From: an uncultured Armatimonadetes bacterium
Lineage (GTDB): Bacteria; Armatimonadota; UBA5829; DTJY01
Length of the DNA: 64,000 nucleotides
Direction: 5' to 3'
Assembly (NCBI GenBank): GCA_963717145.1
Contig: OY970325.1
Span: 4,096,001 to 4,160,000, forward strand
The position numbers were made by a program, and so were the translations under genes. The notes under the pieces were generated by a model that was not told where the DNA came from, did not search any database, and saw only the letters and a program-made list of their open reading frames with translations. Below, in pieces: positions 47,273-57,248 of the stretch (the stretch's first letter is position 1; the number at the start of each line of letters is the position of its first letter).

Positions 47273-48499
47273 ATGTGGCAGGAGTCGTATAAGTACATCA
47301 TTGTCGGCGGCGGACAGGCCGGTGGGTTGGCGGTCGAGGGCATCAGGGAGCACGACCAGGACGGCTCGATCCTCATGATCGCCTCGGAGCAGTGGCTCCC
47401 TCATGAACGCCCCCCGCTCTCGAAGAAGCTCTGGACGGGCAAACAGACGATCAACGATGTCTTCTTCCAGGACACCGAGTTCTACAACCGGAACGGCGTC
47501 GATCTGGGCCTCGGCGAGAAGGTCATCAAGGTCGATCCCGCCGCGCGGACCGTGACGACCGAGCACGGTCATCAGCACCACTACGAGAAGCTCCTTCTCG
47601 CCACCGGTGGAACTCCACGCAGGCTCGACATCCCCGGCTGTGACCTCTCAGGGATCTACTACTATCGCCGCCTGGAGGACTTCATCCGCCTGAGGAGGGA
47701 CACGCTCGAGAACACCACGGCGGTCGTCATTGGCGGCGGGTTTATCGGCTCCGAGGTGGCGGCGGCGCTCAGCCTGTTGAAGGCTAACGTGACGATGGTC
47801 TTCCCCGAGCCGTATCTCGTCCACCGGATCTTTCCCGAGGGCTATGGTCGAGCCATGCAGGAGATGTACATCCGGCGCGAGATCGACGTGCTCACAGGTG
47901 ATCTTCCGGTATCGGTGGAGAGAAGTCGCGGTAAGTACATTACGACAACGCAGAATGGCAAACGGCTGGAATCGGACATCCTGCTCGTCGGCGTGGGGAT
48001 CCTGCCGGACGTGAGTCTGGCGGAGTCGGCGGGCATGGATGTGACCAACGGAATTGTGGTGGACGAGTACTGCCGGTCGTCGAACCCCGACATCTACGCA
48101 GCGGGCGACAATGCGTTCTTCCCATACTTGGCGCTCGGCGAGCATATGCGCGTCGAGCACTGGGACCATGCGCTCAATCAGGGCAGGTACGCCGGCATGA
48201 ACATGGCGGGTGCTGATGTGAAGTACGACTACATGCCCTACTTCTGGTCGGACCTGTTCGAATTCGGCTACGAGGCGGTCGGGGAGATCAGTTCGAAGCT
48301 CGATGTCATCGCCGACTGGGAGATAGTGAACGACACGGGCGCGCTGTATTACCTCCGCGATGGAAGGGTCCGCGGCGTGATGACATGCAATATCTACGAC
48401 CGCATGGACGACGCGCGCGACCTGATCCGAAGCGGCGCGCAGTTCACGCCCGACGAGCTTCGAGGGCGCATACGATCGAAGCAGCATCAGGCGGCATAA
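47273..48499 (+). CDS. FAD-dependent NAD(P)H oxidoreductase (ferredoxin reductase-like)
   Basis: GGGQAG, ERPPLSK, GGGFIG, IYAAGD, PYFWSD. Confidence 0.9.
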   Translation: MWQESYKYIIVGGGQAGGLAVEGIREHDQDGSILMIASEQWLPHERPPLSKKLWTGKQTINDVFFQDTEFYNRNGVDLGLGEKVIKVDPAARTVTTEHGHQHHYEKLLLATGGTPRRLDIPGCDLSGIYYYRRLEDFIRLRRDTLENTTAVVIGGGFIGSEVAAALSLLKANVTMVFPEPYLVHRIFPEGYGRAMQEMYIRREIDVLTGDLPVSVERSRGKYITTTQNGKRLESDILLVGVGILPDVSLAESAGMDVTNGIVVDEYCRSSNPDIYAAGDNAFFPYLALGEHMRVEHWDHALNQGRYAGMNMAGADVKYDYMPYFWSDLFEFGYEAVGEISSKLDVIADWEIVNDTGALYYLRDGRVRGVMTCNIYDRMDDARDLIRSGAQFTPDELRGRIRSKQHQAA

Positions 48500-48517
48500 T
48501 CAGAAAAGGAGAGTACC

Positions 48518-48901
48518 ATGTCATTTCCGATGCGCGAACAGGTAGAGAACATCAAACCAATGGATACCGAGCAGCTTCTCTCGAGGGAGGATGCGGAGTA
48601 CCAGGCGCAGTACGTACCTCAGTGGAAACTGAACGAGAACTCGATCGAGCGGACGTTGACGCTCAAGGACTTCCTTGACGCGATCGATTTCGTGAACCGG
48701 GTCGCTGAAGTTGCGGAGGCTCAGCGCCACCATCCCGACATCCACGTCTCCTACAATAAGGTCCGGCTGGAGAACTCGACGCACAAGGTCGGCGGCCTGA
48801 CGCTGAACGACTTCATCCTGGCGTTGGCGCTTGACCAGGTGGTGGGAGTCGAGAGCCGAAATGCGTCTGTTGTGGAGCTTGGTAACACTGTCGAAGCATA
48901 G
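48518..48901 (+). CDS. Pterin-4a-carbinolamine dehydratase
   Basis: AEAQRHHPDI...STHKVGGLT..DF.LA. Confidence 0.9.
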   Translation: MSFPMREQVENIKPMDTEQLLSREDAEYQAQYVPQWKLNENSIERTLTLKDFLDAIDFVNRVAEVAEAQRHHPDIHVSYNKVRLENSTHKVGGLTLNDFILALALDQVVGVESRNASVVELGNTVEA

Positions 48902-48957
48902 ACGGCGATGAGCTCCGGTAGCGCCGCCGGGCTCTGCTGCCGAAGCATCAAGAGGTT

Positions 48958-48992
48958 CGATCCCCCTGACGACTCCCGTCGTCAGGGGGATC
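48958..48992. repeat. GACGACTCCCGTCGTC palindrome family; also at about 55641-55714 and 59669-59728
   Basis: gatccccctgacgactcccgtcgtcagggggatc. Confidence 0.8.
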
Positions 48993-49009
48993 GGAACGGG
49001 GGATGGTTG

Positions 49010-49771
49010 ATGGCTGATGGGGGATGGTTGAAAGGCAAAGCAGTCCTGATTACCGGGGCGGCCAGGCGGATCGGGCGGGCGACGGCGCTCGCGTTTGCCG
49101 ATGAAGGAGCGAACGTCGTCGTTCATTACCGGAGTTCTGCGGACGAGGCGAAGGGTCTTGTCTCAGAGCTTGCCGCGATGGGAGTTCAGTCCTGGATGGT
49201 CCAGGCGGATCTGTCCAAACTGGATGAAACCGAATCGCTCATCGGGCGCGTGTTGGACCTGGCCGGGTCGCTCGATGTGGTGGTGAACAACGCGTCGATC
49301 TTTCCCAACAGTACCCTGGAGACCCTGACCTTCGATGGCCTGATGGATGACATGCGGGTGAACGCCTGGTCTCCGTTCGTGCTGAGCCGGGAGTTCGCGC
49401 GCCTGGTCGGCATGGGCAGGATCGTCAACCTGATCGACTCCCGAGTGAAGGACTACGACTGGACGCACGTGGGCTACATCCTGAGCAAACATGTGCTGTG
49501 GGCGCTGACGAAGATGATGGCGCTCCAGTATGCGCCCGACATCACCGTGAATGGGGTCGCGCCGGGGTTGATCCTTCCGCCGCCGGGGAAGGACGAGAAC
49601 TACCTGGAGAGACTGAAGGATACGGTGCCGCTCCGGGAGGTCGGCGATCCCCGGCACGTGGCGGAGGCGATCGTATACCTTGCGAAGAGCGAGTACGTGA
49701 CCGGCGAGATGATCTTCGTCGACGGCGGCCGGCATCTCAAGCAGTATCTCGATCCGACCAAGCGTCCCTGA
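49010..49771 (+). CDS. SDR pteridine/dihydromonapterin reductase (FolM/PTR1-like)
   Basis: TGAARRIG, NNAS, YILSK; located in a pterin gene cluster; start approximate. Confidence 0.8.
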   Translation: MADGGWLKGKAVLITGAARRIGRATALAFADEGANVVVHYRSSADEAKGLVSELAAMGVQSWMVQADLSKLDETESLIGRVLDLAGSLDVVVNNASIFPNSTLETLTFDGLMDDMRVNAWSPFVLSREFARLVGMGRIVNLIDSRVKDYDWTHVGYILSKHVLWALTKMMALQYAPDITVNGVAPGLILPPPGKDENYLERLKDTVPLREVGDPRHVAEAIVYLAKSEYVTGEMIFVDGGRHLKQYLDPTKRP

Positions 49772-49872
49772 ATCGCTCGTACTCGTACTCCTAATCGTAA
49801 TCGTACTCCAGAGGTTAGCGAGGTAGGATTCGAGTACGATTACGATTACGAGTAGGAGTAGGAACGAGCGGA

Positions 49873-50226
49873 ATGGACAGAATACTCATCTCCGATATCC
49901 TCGTCCGGTGCATCATCGGCGTTCGGAAAGAAGAGCGCCGGGAGAAGCAGGACGTCACGATCAATATCATCCTGAGCACCGACCTGCGCAAGGCGGGCGA
50001 GTCGGACAGTCTCGAAGACTCGATCGACTACAGCGCGCTCAAGAAGCGGGTCGTCGCCATGACGGAGGAGTCGCGGTTCCACCTCATCGAGGCGCTTGCG
50101 GAACGGATCGCCCGGATATGCCTCGAACATCCACGGGTTGTCGAGGCGCAGGTGAGGGTCGAGAAGCCGACCGCCCTCCGATACGCCCGAAGCGTCGGAG
50201 TCGAGATCAGCCGGGGACGGGAGTAG
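49873..50226 (+). CDS. folB: Dihydroneopterin aldolase
   Basis: IGV..EER..KQ, SIDY, LIEALAE, KP.A. Confidence 0.93.
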   Translation: MDRILISDILVRCIIGVRKEERREKQDVTINIILSTDLRKAGESDSLEDSIDYSALKKRVVAMTEESRFHLIEALAERIARICLEHPRVVEAQVRVEKPTALRYARSVGVEISRGRE

Positions 50227-50592
50227 GAGTATGGGAGTGTGGGAGTAGGGGGAGTATGGGAGTGTGGGGGTGCCGATGAACGCTGAGAGGGTCCAACAAC
50301 TGGTTAGGGAACTGCTGATCGAGATCGGGGAGGATCCGGACCGCGAGGGCCTGCTCAGGACTCCCGAGCGCGTCGCGGCGTCGTGGGAGTATCTGACCGC
50401 GGGCTATCGGACGGATGCGAACAAGCTGGTCAACGGCGCGATCTTCACCCAGGAGATCGAGAACATGGTGATCGCGCGGGACATCGACTTCTACAGCATG
50501 TGCGAGCACCATCTCCTCCCGATGTTCGGTCGATGCCACATTGGCTACATCCCCAAGAATGGCAAGGTCATCGGGGTCAGCAAGCTGGCTAG

Positions 50593-52180
50593 CAGCCTGT
50601 CCATGAAATAACCTCTGGCGCAAGGTGCCAGGTATGTAGTAAAATACGGGTATGAGCAAGCCATACCTTCCTTATCAACCTGACCAGATATTGCTGTTGC
50701 CGCCCTTGATGTCGGAGTGGCTGCCCGAGGGACATCTCGCATACTTTGTGAGCGATGTCGTAGACAGTCTCGACCTTTCCGCGATATACGCCTCATACGA
50801 GAAAGAGGCCCGAGGAGCGCCGCCGTTCCATCCGGCAATGCTTACAAAGATCATATTCTACGGTTTGTGCCGGGGAGTGTATTCATCTCGAAAGCTCTCC
50901 CTGGCCACGTATGAAGATGTAGCCTTCCGGGTGCTTGCGGCAGGAAATCATCCCGACTTCCGCACGATAAGCGAGTTCAGGAAGAGGCATCTCAAGTCCC
51001 TTGCGGACCTGTTTGTGCAAGTGCTCAGGCTATGCGCAAGCGCCGGGCTTGTGTCGATGAAACACATAGCCATAGACGGAACAAAGCTGCTTGCCAACGC
51101 AAGCAAGCACTCCGCCATGAGCTACTCTCGGATGGTCGAGAAAGAAAAAGAGCTTCAGGCTGAGATCGAGGCGCTCCTTGCGAAGGGTCTTTCTGTGGAC
51201 GACCAGGAAGACGCGGAATATGGTCTTGACCGCCGAGGAGACGAACTCCCGGAGGAACTCGCAACCAGAGAGAAGCGGCTCGCCAAGATCAGGGAAGCAA
51301 AAGAAGCGCTGGAGCGCGAGGCCAAAGAGCGAGCATCAGCCGAAGAAGCGATGCGAGCCCAAGAGAAGGCGGAGCAGGAAGCATCCGGGAAGAAGCCTCG
51401 CGGCAGAGAGCCGGGGCCCGTAAAGACAGAGCCGGAAGGGAAGGCACAGCGGAACTTCACAGACCCGGAAAGCCGGATAATGAAGGACGCAAAGAAAGCC
51501 TTCGTGCAGGCATACAACGGACAAGCTGCGGTAGACGCAGATCATCAGATTGTAGTGGCGTGTGATCTCACGAACCAGGCAGCGGACTCACCGCATCTTA
51601 GTGACATGATCGAGGCAATCAAGGAGAACACCGGAAAGAAACCGGAAGAACTATCCGCCGATGCCGGATACTTCAGCAGCGACAACATAGAGATGGTCGA
51701 GCAGCAAGGGATCGACGCTTATATACCGCCTGACAGACAACGTCATGGCAAAGAGCCGACGGCGCCTTCCTGCCTTGATCCGGCAAAGCAATCCGCCGCA
51801 GATCGCCAGAGAGCAAAGCTCTTGACTCCTCTTGGCCGAAAGATCTACGGGAGGCGGAAGGAGACGGTAGAGCCGGTGTTCGGCCAGATCAAGAGCGCAC
51901 GGAACTTCCGAGGCTTCCTACTCCGAGGCCTTGCGAAAGCGAAGTCGGAGTGGACGCTTGCGTGTCTTGGGCACAACATGCTGAAGCTATACCGATACGG
52001 CGACCGGAAATCGATCTTCGATACGTAGATATATGACCTGGATCAGGCTGATTATCAAGGTACAAGGGGTCTTTACAGACCCTCGCCGGAAATCCGGCGA
52101 AAAACACTATCGAACAGCAGCCAGCGCGACCCCGCAGATGGGAAACTCACCCACATAGCGGGGAATTCTCAGACAGGCTG
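50593..52180 (+). mobile_element. IS1182-family element
   Basis: Ends CAGCCTGTC / GACAGGCTG; CTAG duplication (50589-50592, 52181-52184). Confidence 0.92.
50652..52028 (+). CDS. IS1182 transposase
   Basis: PDFRTISEFR, IDGTK, ADAGY, RKETVEPVFGQIK. Confidence 0.94.
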   Translation: MSKPYLPYQPDQILLLPPLMSEWLPEGHLAYFVSDVVDSLDLSAIYASYEKEARGAPPFHPAMLTKIIFYGLCRGVYSSRKLSLATYEDVAFRVLAAGNHPDFRTISEFRKRHLKSLADLFVQVLRLCASAGLVSMKHIAIDGTKLLANASKHSAMSYSRMVEKEKELQAEIEALLAKGLSVDDQEDAEYGLDRRGDELPEELATREKRLAKIREAKEALEREAKERASAEEAMRAQEKAEQEASGKKPRGREPGPVKTEPEGKAQRNFTDPESRIMKDAKKAFVQAYNGQAAVDADHQIVVACDLTNQAADSPHLSDMIEAIKENTGKKPEELSADAGYFSSDNIEMVEQQGIDAYIPPDRQRHGKEPTAPSCLDPAKQSAADRQRAKLLTPLGRKIYGRRKETVEPVFGQIKSARNFRGFLLRGLAKAKSEWTLACLGHNMLKLYRYGDRKSIFDT

Positions 52181-52450
52181 CTAGGATCGTGGATATGTTC
52201 GCCCGCCGCCTGCAGATCCAGGAGCGGATGACCGAGCAGATCGCCCGCACACTCATGGAGAGCCTCAAACCGGAGGGAGTCGGCGTCATCGTGGAAGCGC
52301 AGCATCTGTGCATGATGATGCGCGGGGTCGAGAAGCAGAACTCGCTGATGACGACCTCGACGATCCTCGGGAGCTTCCATCAGTCGGTCGCCACCCGGAC
52401 CGAGTTCCTCACGCTGATCGGACGCCATCGGTTCTGATACGGAGTGCGGA

Positions 52451-52544
52451 GACCCTCACCCCCGACCCCTCTCCCTCGGAAGGGCGAGGGGAGTTGGCGT
52501 CCCCCCCTCGCCCTTCTGAGGGAGAGGGGTCGGGGGTGAGGGTC
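52451..52544. repeat. CCCTCACCCCC-type palindrome, same family as the in-frame inserts in hemA and the OYE gene
   Basis: gaccctcacccccgacccctctccc...gggagaggggtcgggggtgagggtc. Confidence 0.88.
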
Positions 52545-52601
52545 TTCCGGCATTTTGTGTTGCATTCCCCGTCCTCTCCGCATATACTGATCCCATCAGA
52601 C

Positions 52602-53237
52602 ATGTTCACACGCAAGCGACTCCGAATCAAGATGATGATCCTGCTGGCCGCTCTCATTCTCGGCGCGCCGATCACCGCCAGGCTGGCGATGCACTCGGCG
52701 GCGCGCGGGCGCGTCTACTCCGATGCCGGCCGGGTCCCCAAGTGCAGGGTCGCCCTGGTACTCGGCGCGGGAGTCCACCCGGATGGCACGCTCTCCACAC
52801 TCCTTCAGGACCGGGTGGACGCCGGGATCGCGCTCTATGAGGCCGGGAAGATCGAGAAGTTGCTGATGTCCGGCGACAACAGCGTCGTCCACTATAACGA
52901 GCCTCAGCGGATGATGGAGTACGCAGTGAGTCAGGGAGTGCCGCAGGAGGATGTGGGGATGGATTTCGCGGGCCGGCGGACCTACGACTCGGTCTACCGC
53001 GCCAAGCATATCTTCGGCCTCGAGGAGATCATCATAGTGAGCCAGCGGTTCCATCTCGACCGAGCGGTTTTCCTCTGCGACAGACTCGGTGTCGCGGGAT
53101 GTGGTTTCGCCGCCGACAAGCCGCATCACGACAACCCGAAGGCGGCGGTTCGTGAGGTCCCGGCATGTCTGAGCGCACTCGCCGATGTCTACATCCTCAA
53201 TCCGACCCCGATCCTCGGCAGGAGAGAGAAGATATAA
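52602..53237 (+). CDS. SanA/YdcF (DUF218) protein
   Basis: LVLGAG, SGDN...YNEP..M, DFAG.RTYDS, SQRFHL.RA. Confidence 0.9.
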   Translation: MFTRKRLRIKMMILLAALILGAPITARLAMHSAARGRVYSDAGRVPKCRVALVLGAGVHPDGTLSTLLQDRVDAGIALYEAGKIEKLLMSGDNSVVHYNEPQRMMEYAVSQGVPQEDVGMDFAGRRTYDSVYRAKHIFGLEEIIIVSQRFHLDRAVFLCDRLGVAGCGFAADKPHHDNPKAAVREVPACLSALADVYILNPTPILGRREKI

Positions 53238-53339
53238 CCGTAGTGGCCGTGCCTCCGTGCCGGCCTGGAACCCCGAATGGCCGGCACGGAGGCACGGGCC
53301 ACTACGGTTCGAGTACGAGTACGATCGACCCCCACATCC

Positions 53340-53426
53340 CTACCGATAGTGCCGCAGGATCAGGAAGATGAGGACGCCCCAGATCAGCAGGGTGAAGATG
53401 ATTGTCCGAATCGTTCTCCAACTCAT
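53340..53426 (-). CDS. 28-aa single-TM small protein, absent from the ORF track
   Basis: MSWRTIRTIIFTLLIWGVLIFLILRHYR*, starting 3 nt after the ccdA stop. Confidence 0.55.
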   Translation of the reverse strand: MSWRTIRTIIFTLLIWGVLIFLILRHYR

Positions 53427-53429
53427 ATA

Positions 53430-54134
53430 TCACCCCGGGGACGCCTTGTAGACTAGATACAGACCAGCGATCAGCACGAGGACTCCGCATATCTTCTTGA
53501 AGATATCGGCGCCCTTCGAGCCCTCATTCCAATCCAGGTAGCGTTGGACGAGTTCCGTCGAAGTGCCCGCCGCCGTGATCACCGAGCAATGCCCAAGCCC
53601 ATACACCAGGAGCAGCAGGACCGCATAGGCCGGGTTCGTCGGGGCCACCCGGAACGTGACCGCGAGGATCGGGCCCATGAATGCAAATGTGCACGGTCCG
53701 AGGGCGATCCCGAACACCAGGCCGAGGATGAACGCCGCCAGAAACCCCTTGCGCTTCATCCCGATCCGACCCGGCCCGGACCAGGGCATCGGGATCACGC
53801 CGAGCAGGTGCAGGCCGACGAGGAAGAAGACGCCGGCGACGAGATAGTTGCCCCACGGGCCGACATCCCCCATCATCCGGCCCGCCTGAGCGGTTATTGC
53901 GCCGATCAGCCCGATCGTGACCAGGATTCCGGCGGCAAACAGGGAGGCGATGCCGAACGCCCGGCGGGTAGTGAGCTTCCCCTGGTCGCTGATGAATCCC
54001 ACGATCAGCGGAATGCTCGACAGGTGACACGGGCTCAGAACGATGCTCAAGATGCCCCACAAGAAGGCGGCCCCCAGCGCGATGGCCGGTGTGCCCTCGA
54101 CTGCATGGCCGAATGCGGTGAACAGCCTCTCCAT
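53430..54134 (-). CDS. ccdA: CcdA/DsbD-type membrane disulfide transfer protein
   Basis: LSPC and GPC motifs, about 6 TM helices. Confidence 0.88.
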   Translation of the reverse strand: MERLFTAFGHAVEGTPAIALGAAFLWGILSIVLSPCHLSSIPLIVGFISDQGKLTTRRAFGIASLFAAGILVTIGLIGAITAQAGRMMGDVGPWGNYLVAGVFFLVGLHLLGVIPMPWSGPGRIGMKRKGFLAAFILGLVFGIALGPCTFAFMGPILAVTFRVAPTNPAYAVLLLLVYGLGHCSVITAAGTSTELVQRYLDWNEGSKGADIFKKICGVLVLIAGLYLVYKASPG

Positions 54135-54135
54135 G

Positions 54136-55038
54136 TCACTTCACTATCTTGACGATCCCCGCCTCGATCGACGCCTTGTCCCAGCCGCCCACGTGCCGCA
54201 GAACCTCCTTGCCGCCCTTGTCATAGAAGACCAGCAGGGGAATGGCCTGCGCCCCATAATGGACGCCGAGGACCGGTGTCTTGTCCAGGTCGATGTCGAG
54301 TACCGCGACCTTGCCTGCATACTTCGTGGCGAGCGCCTTGATGATCGGCGCCATCGTCAGGCATGGCATGCAGTTGACCGAGCCGAACTTCGCCACACTC
54401 GGTTTGCCCGAACGGCGCGCCTTCTCGATCGGGTTCTTGACCCATTGCGCGTACTGCTGCTTCGCCCAGGCGTCGGATATCCGGATCGAATGCCGGCTGC
54501 CGAAAGTCGCTACGTGGCTGCTGATGGCCGCGTTTGCCTTCTCCTCGCGGAGATAGTTCTTGATGGCAGTCTGGACCTGCTCATACTTGGCGCCGCCGAA
54601 CATCGTGACGTTCGCGTCGAAGAACGCATGCGCGTCCGCGTCGCTTACATCAGCCCCTGAGAGGATGATGGCATCCACGTACTGCTGCACGAGTTGGTCC
54701 TCAGTTCCCTTGACACCGCTCTTAGCCGCCCAGTCCTTGGCCTCTTTGGTGACGAGTTTTCCGACAGCGATGTCCTCCAGAAGGACGAAGCCATACCGGG
54801 CAAACTCTTCCTTGGAGGGCGATTTCATCTCGGCCAGTCGGTCGGCCAGGTCCTTCGCGGTGATCTTCACCCCATCTGTCTCCAGGAGCGCTCCGGCGAC
54901 AGCGCCTGGGACGGCCTGACGCAGGTCGCCGGATGAGAGGCCGGGGTACTTCGATTCGATCGTGACCGTATTCGCGCCACGGACTGCTCCGAGTGCGGTG
55001 GCGAGAATGAATATGATCAACGGCAGGCGTGAAATCAT
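54136..55038 (-). CDS. Exported protein with a helical N-domain and C-terminal thioredoxin
   Basis: Signal peptide; CMPC; AIP cis-Pro motif. Confidence 0.82.
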   Translation of the reverse strand: MISRLPLIIFILATALGAVRGANTVTIESKYPGLSSGDLRQAVPGAVAGALLETDGVKITAKDLADRLAEMKSPSKEEFARYGFVLLEDIAVGKLVTKEAKDWAAKSGVKGTEDQLVQQYVDAIILSGADVSDADAHAFFDANVTMFGGAKYEQVQTAIKNYLREEKANAAISSHVATFGSRHSIRISDAWAKQQYAQWVKNPIEKARRSGKPSVAKFGSVNCMPCLTMAPIIKALATKYAGKVAVLDIDLDKTPVLGVHYGAQAIPLLVFYDKGGKEVLRHVGGWDKASIEAGIVKIVK

Positions 55039-55052
55039 GGTGCGTACTTCTC

Positions 55053-55607
55053 CTATAACTCGATGCCTTGTTTCTTGAAGGCGGCGACAATGTCTTCTTT
55101 CGCATAGAACCCGAAATGCCGGGCGAACTCCTTGCCGTCGGTTCCGTACAGGATCTGGGTGGGAATGGTGGAGATCCGATAGCGCTTCCCGGCGCCCGGA
55201 TCCTTATCCAGGCTGATCACCACGACCTCCAGCTTGCCCTTGTACTCGGCGCGCAGTTCATCCAGAATCGGCGCCATCAACTTGCAGGGGATGCAGTTGT
55301 CGCCACCGACATCCACGATCCGAGGCAGGCGTTTCGGCTTGGGTGCGACCTTCTCAGGCTGCGTGGCGGGCTCCTCGGTCTTGACCGATGCCTTTTCGGG
55401 CTCGGCTTTTGGGGTGGCCACAGCGGGCTTGGTCTCAGGGCGCACCGGCTCGGCCGGTTCGGGCTTCTCCGCGGGCGATGAGGCCGGCGCATCCTGCACC
55501 ACGGCATTATCAGCCGGGGGCTTATCACCGTCACCCCTAAGGCTGAAAGCCGTGATGACCGCGGCCGCCAGCAGGACTACTATGATCAGCTTCCACATCT
55601 TGGCCAT
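55053..55607 (-). CDS. Membrane-anchored thioredoxin
   Basis: CIPC, IPTQ. Confidence 0.88.
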   Translation of the reverse strand: MAKMWKLIIVVLLAAAVITAFSLRGDGDKPPADNAVVQDAPASSPAEKPEPAEPVRPETKPAVATPKAEPEKASVKTEEPATQPEKVAPKPKRLPRIVDVGGDNCIPCKLMAPILDELRAEYKGKLEVVVISLDKDPGAGKRYRISTIPTQILYGTDGKEFARHFGFYAKEDIVAAFKKQGIEL

Positions 55608-55714
55608 ATCTGTTTCCTTCCCTCGCTACTTCGTCTCAGGCCCGACGACGGGGGGCGTCGGGGGATCACGTGTGATGCTGTTGGGATACCCTGACGACTC
55701 CCATCGTCGGGGCG

Positions 55715-55945
55715 CTACTTGACGAGATCGGCGATCTCCTTCGGGCTGAGCAGCTTGCCCGTGGACTTGATCTCGCCGTCCACCATCAGCGCCGGAGTCG
55801 AGAGCACCCCGGCCTTCATGATCTCCATCAGGTCGGTCACCTTCTCGACCTCGGCGTCGATGCCGTACTCCTTGACGGCCCGTTCGACGTTCTCGGTGAG
55901 CGCTTTACATTTCTGGCAGCCGGCCCCGAGAATGCGGATTTTCAT
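55715..55945 (-). CDS. Small redox-active disulfide protein (MTH895/Thioredoxin_3)
   Basis: MKIRILGAGCQKC...STPALMVDG. Confidence 0.9.
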   Translation of the reverse strand: MKIRILGAGCQKCKALTENVERAVKEYGIDAEVEKVTDLMEIMKAGVLSTPALMVDGEIKSTGKLLSPKEIADLVK

Positions 55946-56132
55946 TATACCATTCCTTTCAGCGCAGGAGTGCCACTGATTTGACGCGAAAAGCGGATGA
56001 AATTGGCACAGCCACGAATCACTTATGTTAGGGGCGAAGCATTGGCCTATCGGATATCCAACTGCCCCGGGCCGATACGCCAATGCTTCGCCCGCCGTCG
56101 AGTACGATTACGAGTACGAGTAGGAGTACGAA

Positions 56133-57203
56133 CTAGAGCAACAGGTTGAACAGATACCCCACCAGCAGTATACCCACCGCTACCACACCAACGAACACGG
56201 CAATCAGTCGTGGCTTCAGCACTCGCCGCAGGATGATCGTCTCCGGGAGCGAGAGCCCGATGACCGACATCATGAACGCGAGCGATGTCCCGAGCGCCGC
56301 GCCCTTCTCCATCAGCGCCTGCACGACCGGCACGATCCCCGCCGCGTTCGAGTACATCGGGACACCGATGAGCACCGCCGCCGGGACGCTCCACCATACT
56401 CCTTTGCCCATGAATGAGGCGAGCATCCCCTCAGGCACGTAGCCGTGGATCCCCGCGCCGACCGCGATCCCTGCGACGACATACGGCCACACCTTGCCGA
56501 CGATCTCCCGCACGGCATCGAGCCCGTACCGGACCCGGCCGTCCCAGGTCAGGCTCGCTCCCTCCGACGCTTGCGCCATCTTCACGTCGAATACCCAATC
56601 CTCGATGAACCGCTCCATCCTCAGCCGGCCGATGACCCATCCGGCGACGATGGCGACCAGCAGCCCGGTGCCGACGTATAGAGCCGTGACCTTCCAGCCG
56701 AACATGCCGTAGAGCAGGACGATGGCGATCTCGTTTATCATCGGCGCGGCGATCAGGAACGAGAACGTCACACCGAGTGGCACACCGGCCTCGACGAACC
56801 CGATAAACAGCGGGCATGCCGAACACGAGCAGAACGGCGTCACGATGCCCAGACACGCGGCCATGATGTTGCCGACGAACTCCTTCTTCCCCGCCAGAAT
56901 GCCTCGGGTCCGCTCCGGGGTGAAGAACGATCTGAGCATCCCGATGCCGAAGACGACGAGCAGAAGGAGCATCAGGACCTTCGGCACGTCATATAAGAAG
57001 AACGCCACGCTGCTGCCGAGCCGGCTCTCGAGCGACAGGCCGAGCCACTTCGACGTGATGAAGTTGGCGGCGGGCTTGAGCCATCGGTACACCAGCACCC
57101 ACAGCACGAGTCCGACCGCCAGCATCACATACAGGCGGCCACCGGCTCCGGGCTTGTCCGGAGCAGTAGCGCTCTCACAGCAGCATTTGTCGTTGTTAGT
57201 CAT
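56133..57203 (-). CDS. ArsP/DUF318 permease
   Basis: TPFCSCS, SFLIAAP, GVPMY, GLSLPE. Confidence 0.9.
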   Translation of the reverse strand: MTNNDKCCCESATAPDKPGAGGRLYVMLAVGLVLWVLVYRWLKPAANFITSKWLGLSLESRLGSSVAFFLYDVPKVLMLLLLVVFGIGMLRSFFTPERTRGILAGKKEFVGNIMAACLGIVTPFCSCSACPLFIGFVEAGVPLGVTFSFLIAAPMINEIAIVLLYGMFGWKVTALYVGTGLLVAIVAGWVIGRLRMERFIEDWVFDVKMAQASEGASLTWDGRVRYGLDAVREIVGKVWPYVVAGIAVGAGIHGYVPEGMLASFMGKGVWWSVPAAVLIGVPMYSNAAGIVPVVQALMEKGAALGTSLAFMMSVIGLSLPETIILRRVLKPRLIAVFVGVVAVGILLVGYLFNLLL

Positions 57204-57248
57204 CGTGTAGAACTCATAATACCCATGGACCCATGGGGGCTATCGCCT

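Larger units (their letters stand above)
50276..52437 (+). pseudogene. folE: GTP cyclohydrolase I interrupted by IS1182
   Basis: 5' part [29 protein letters not shown] (to 50592); 3' part [23 protein letters not shown] (from about 52183). Confidence 0.93.
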
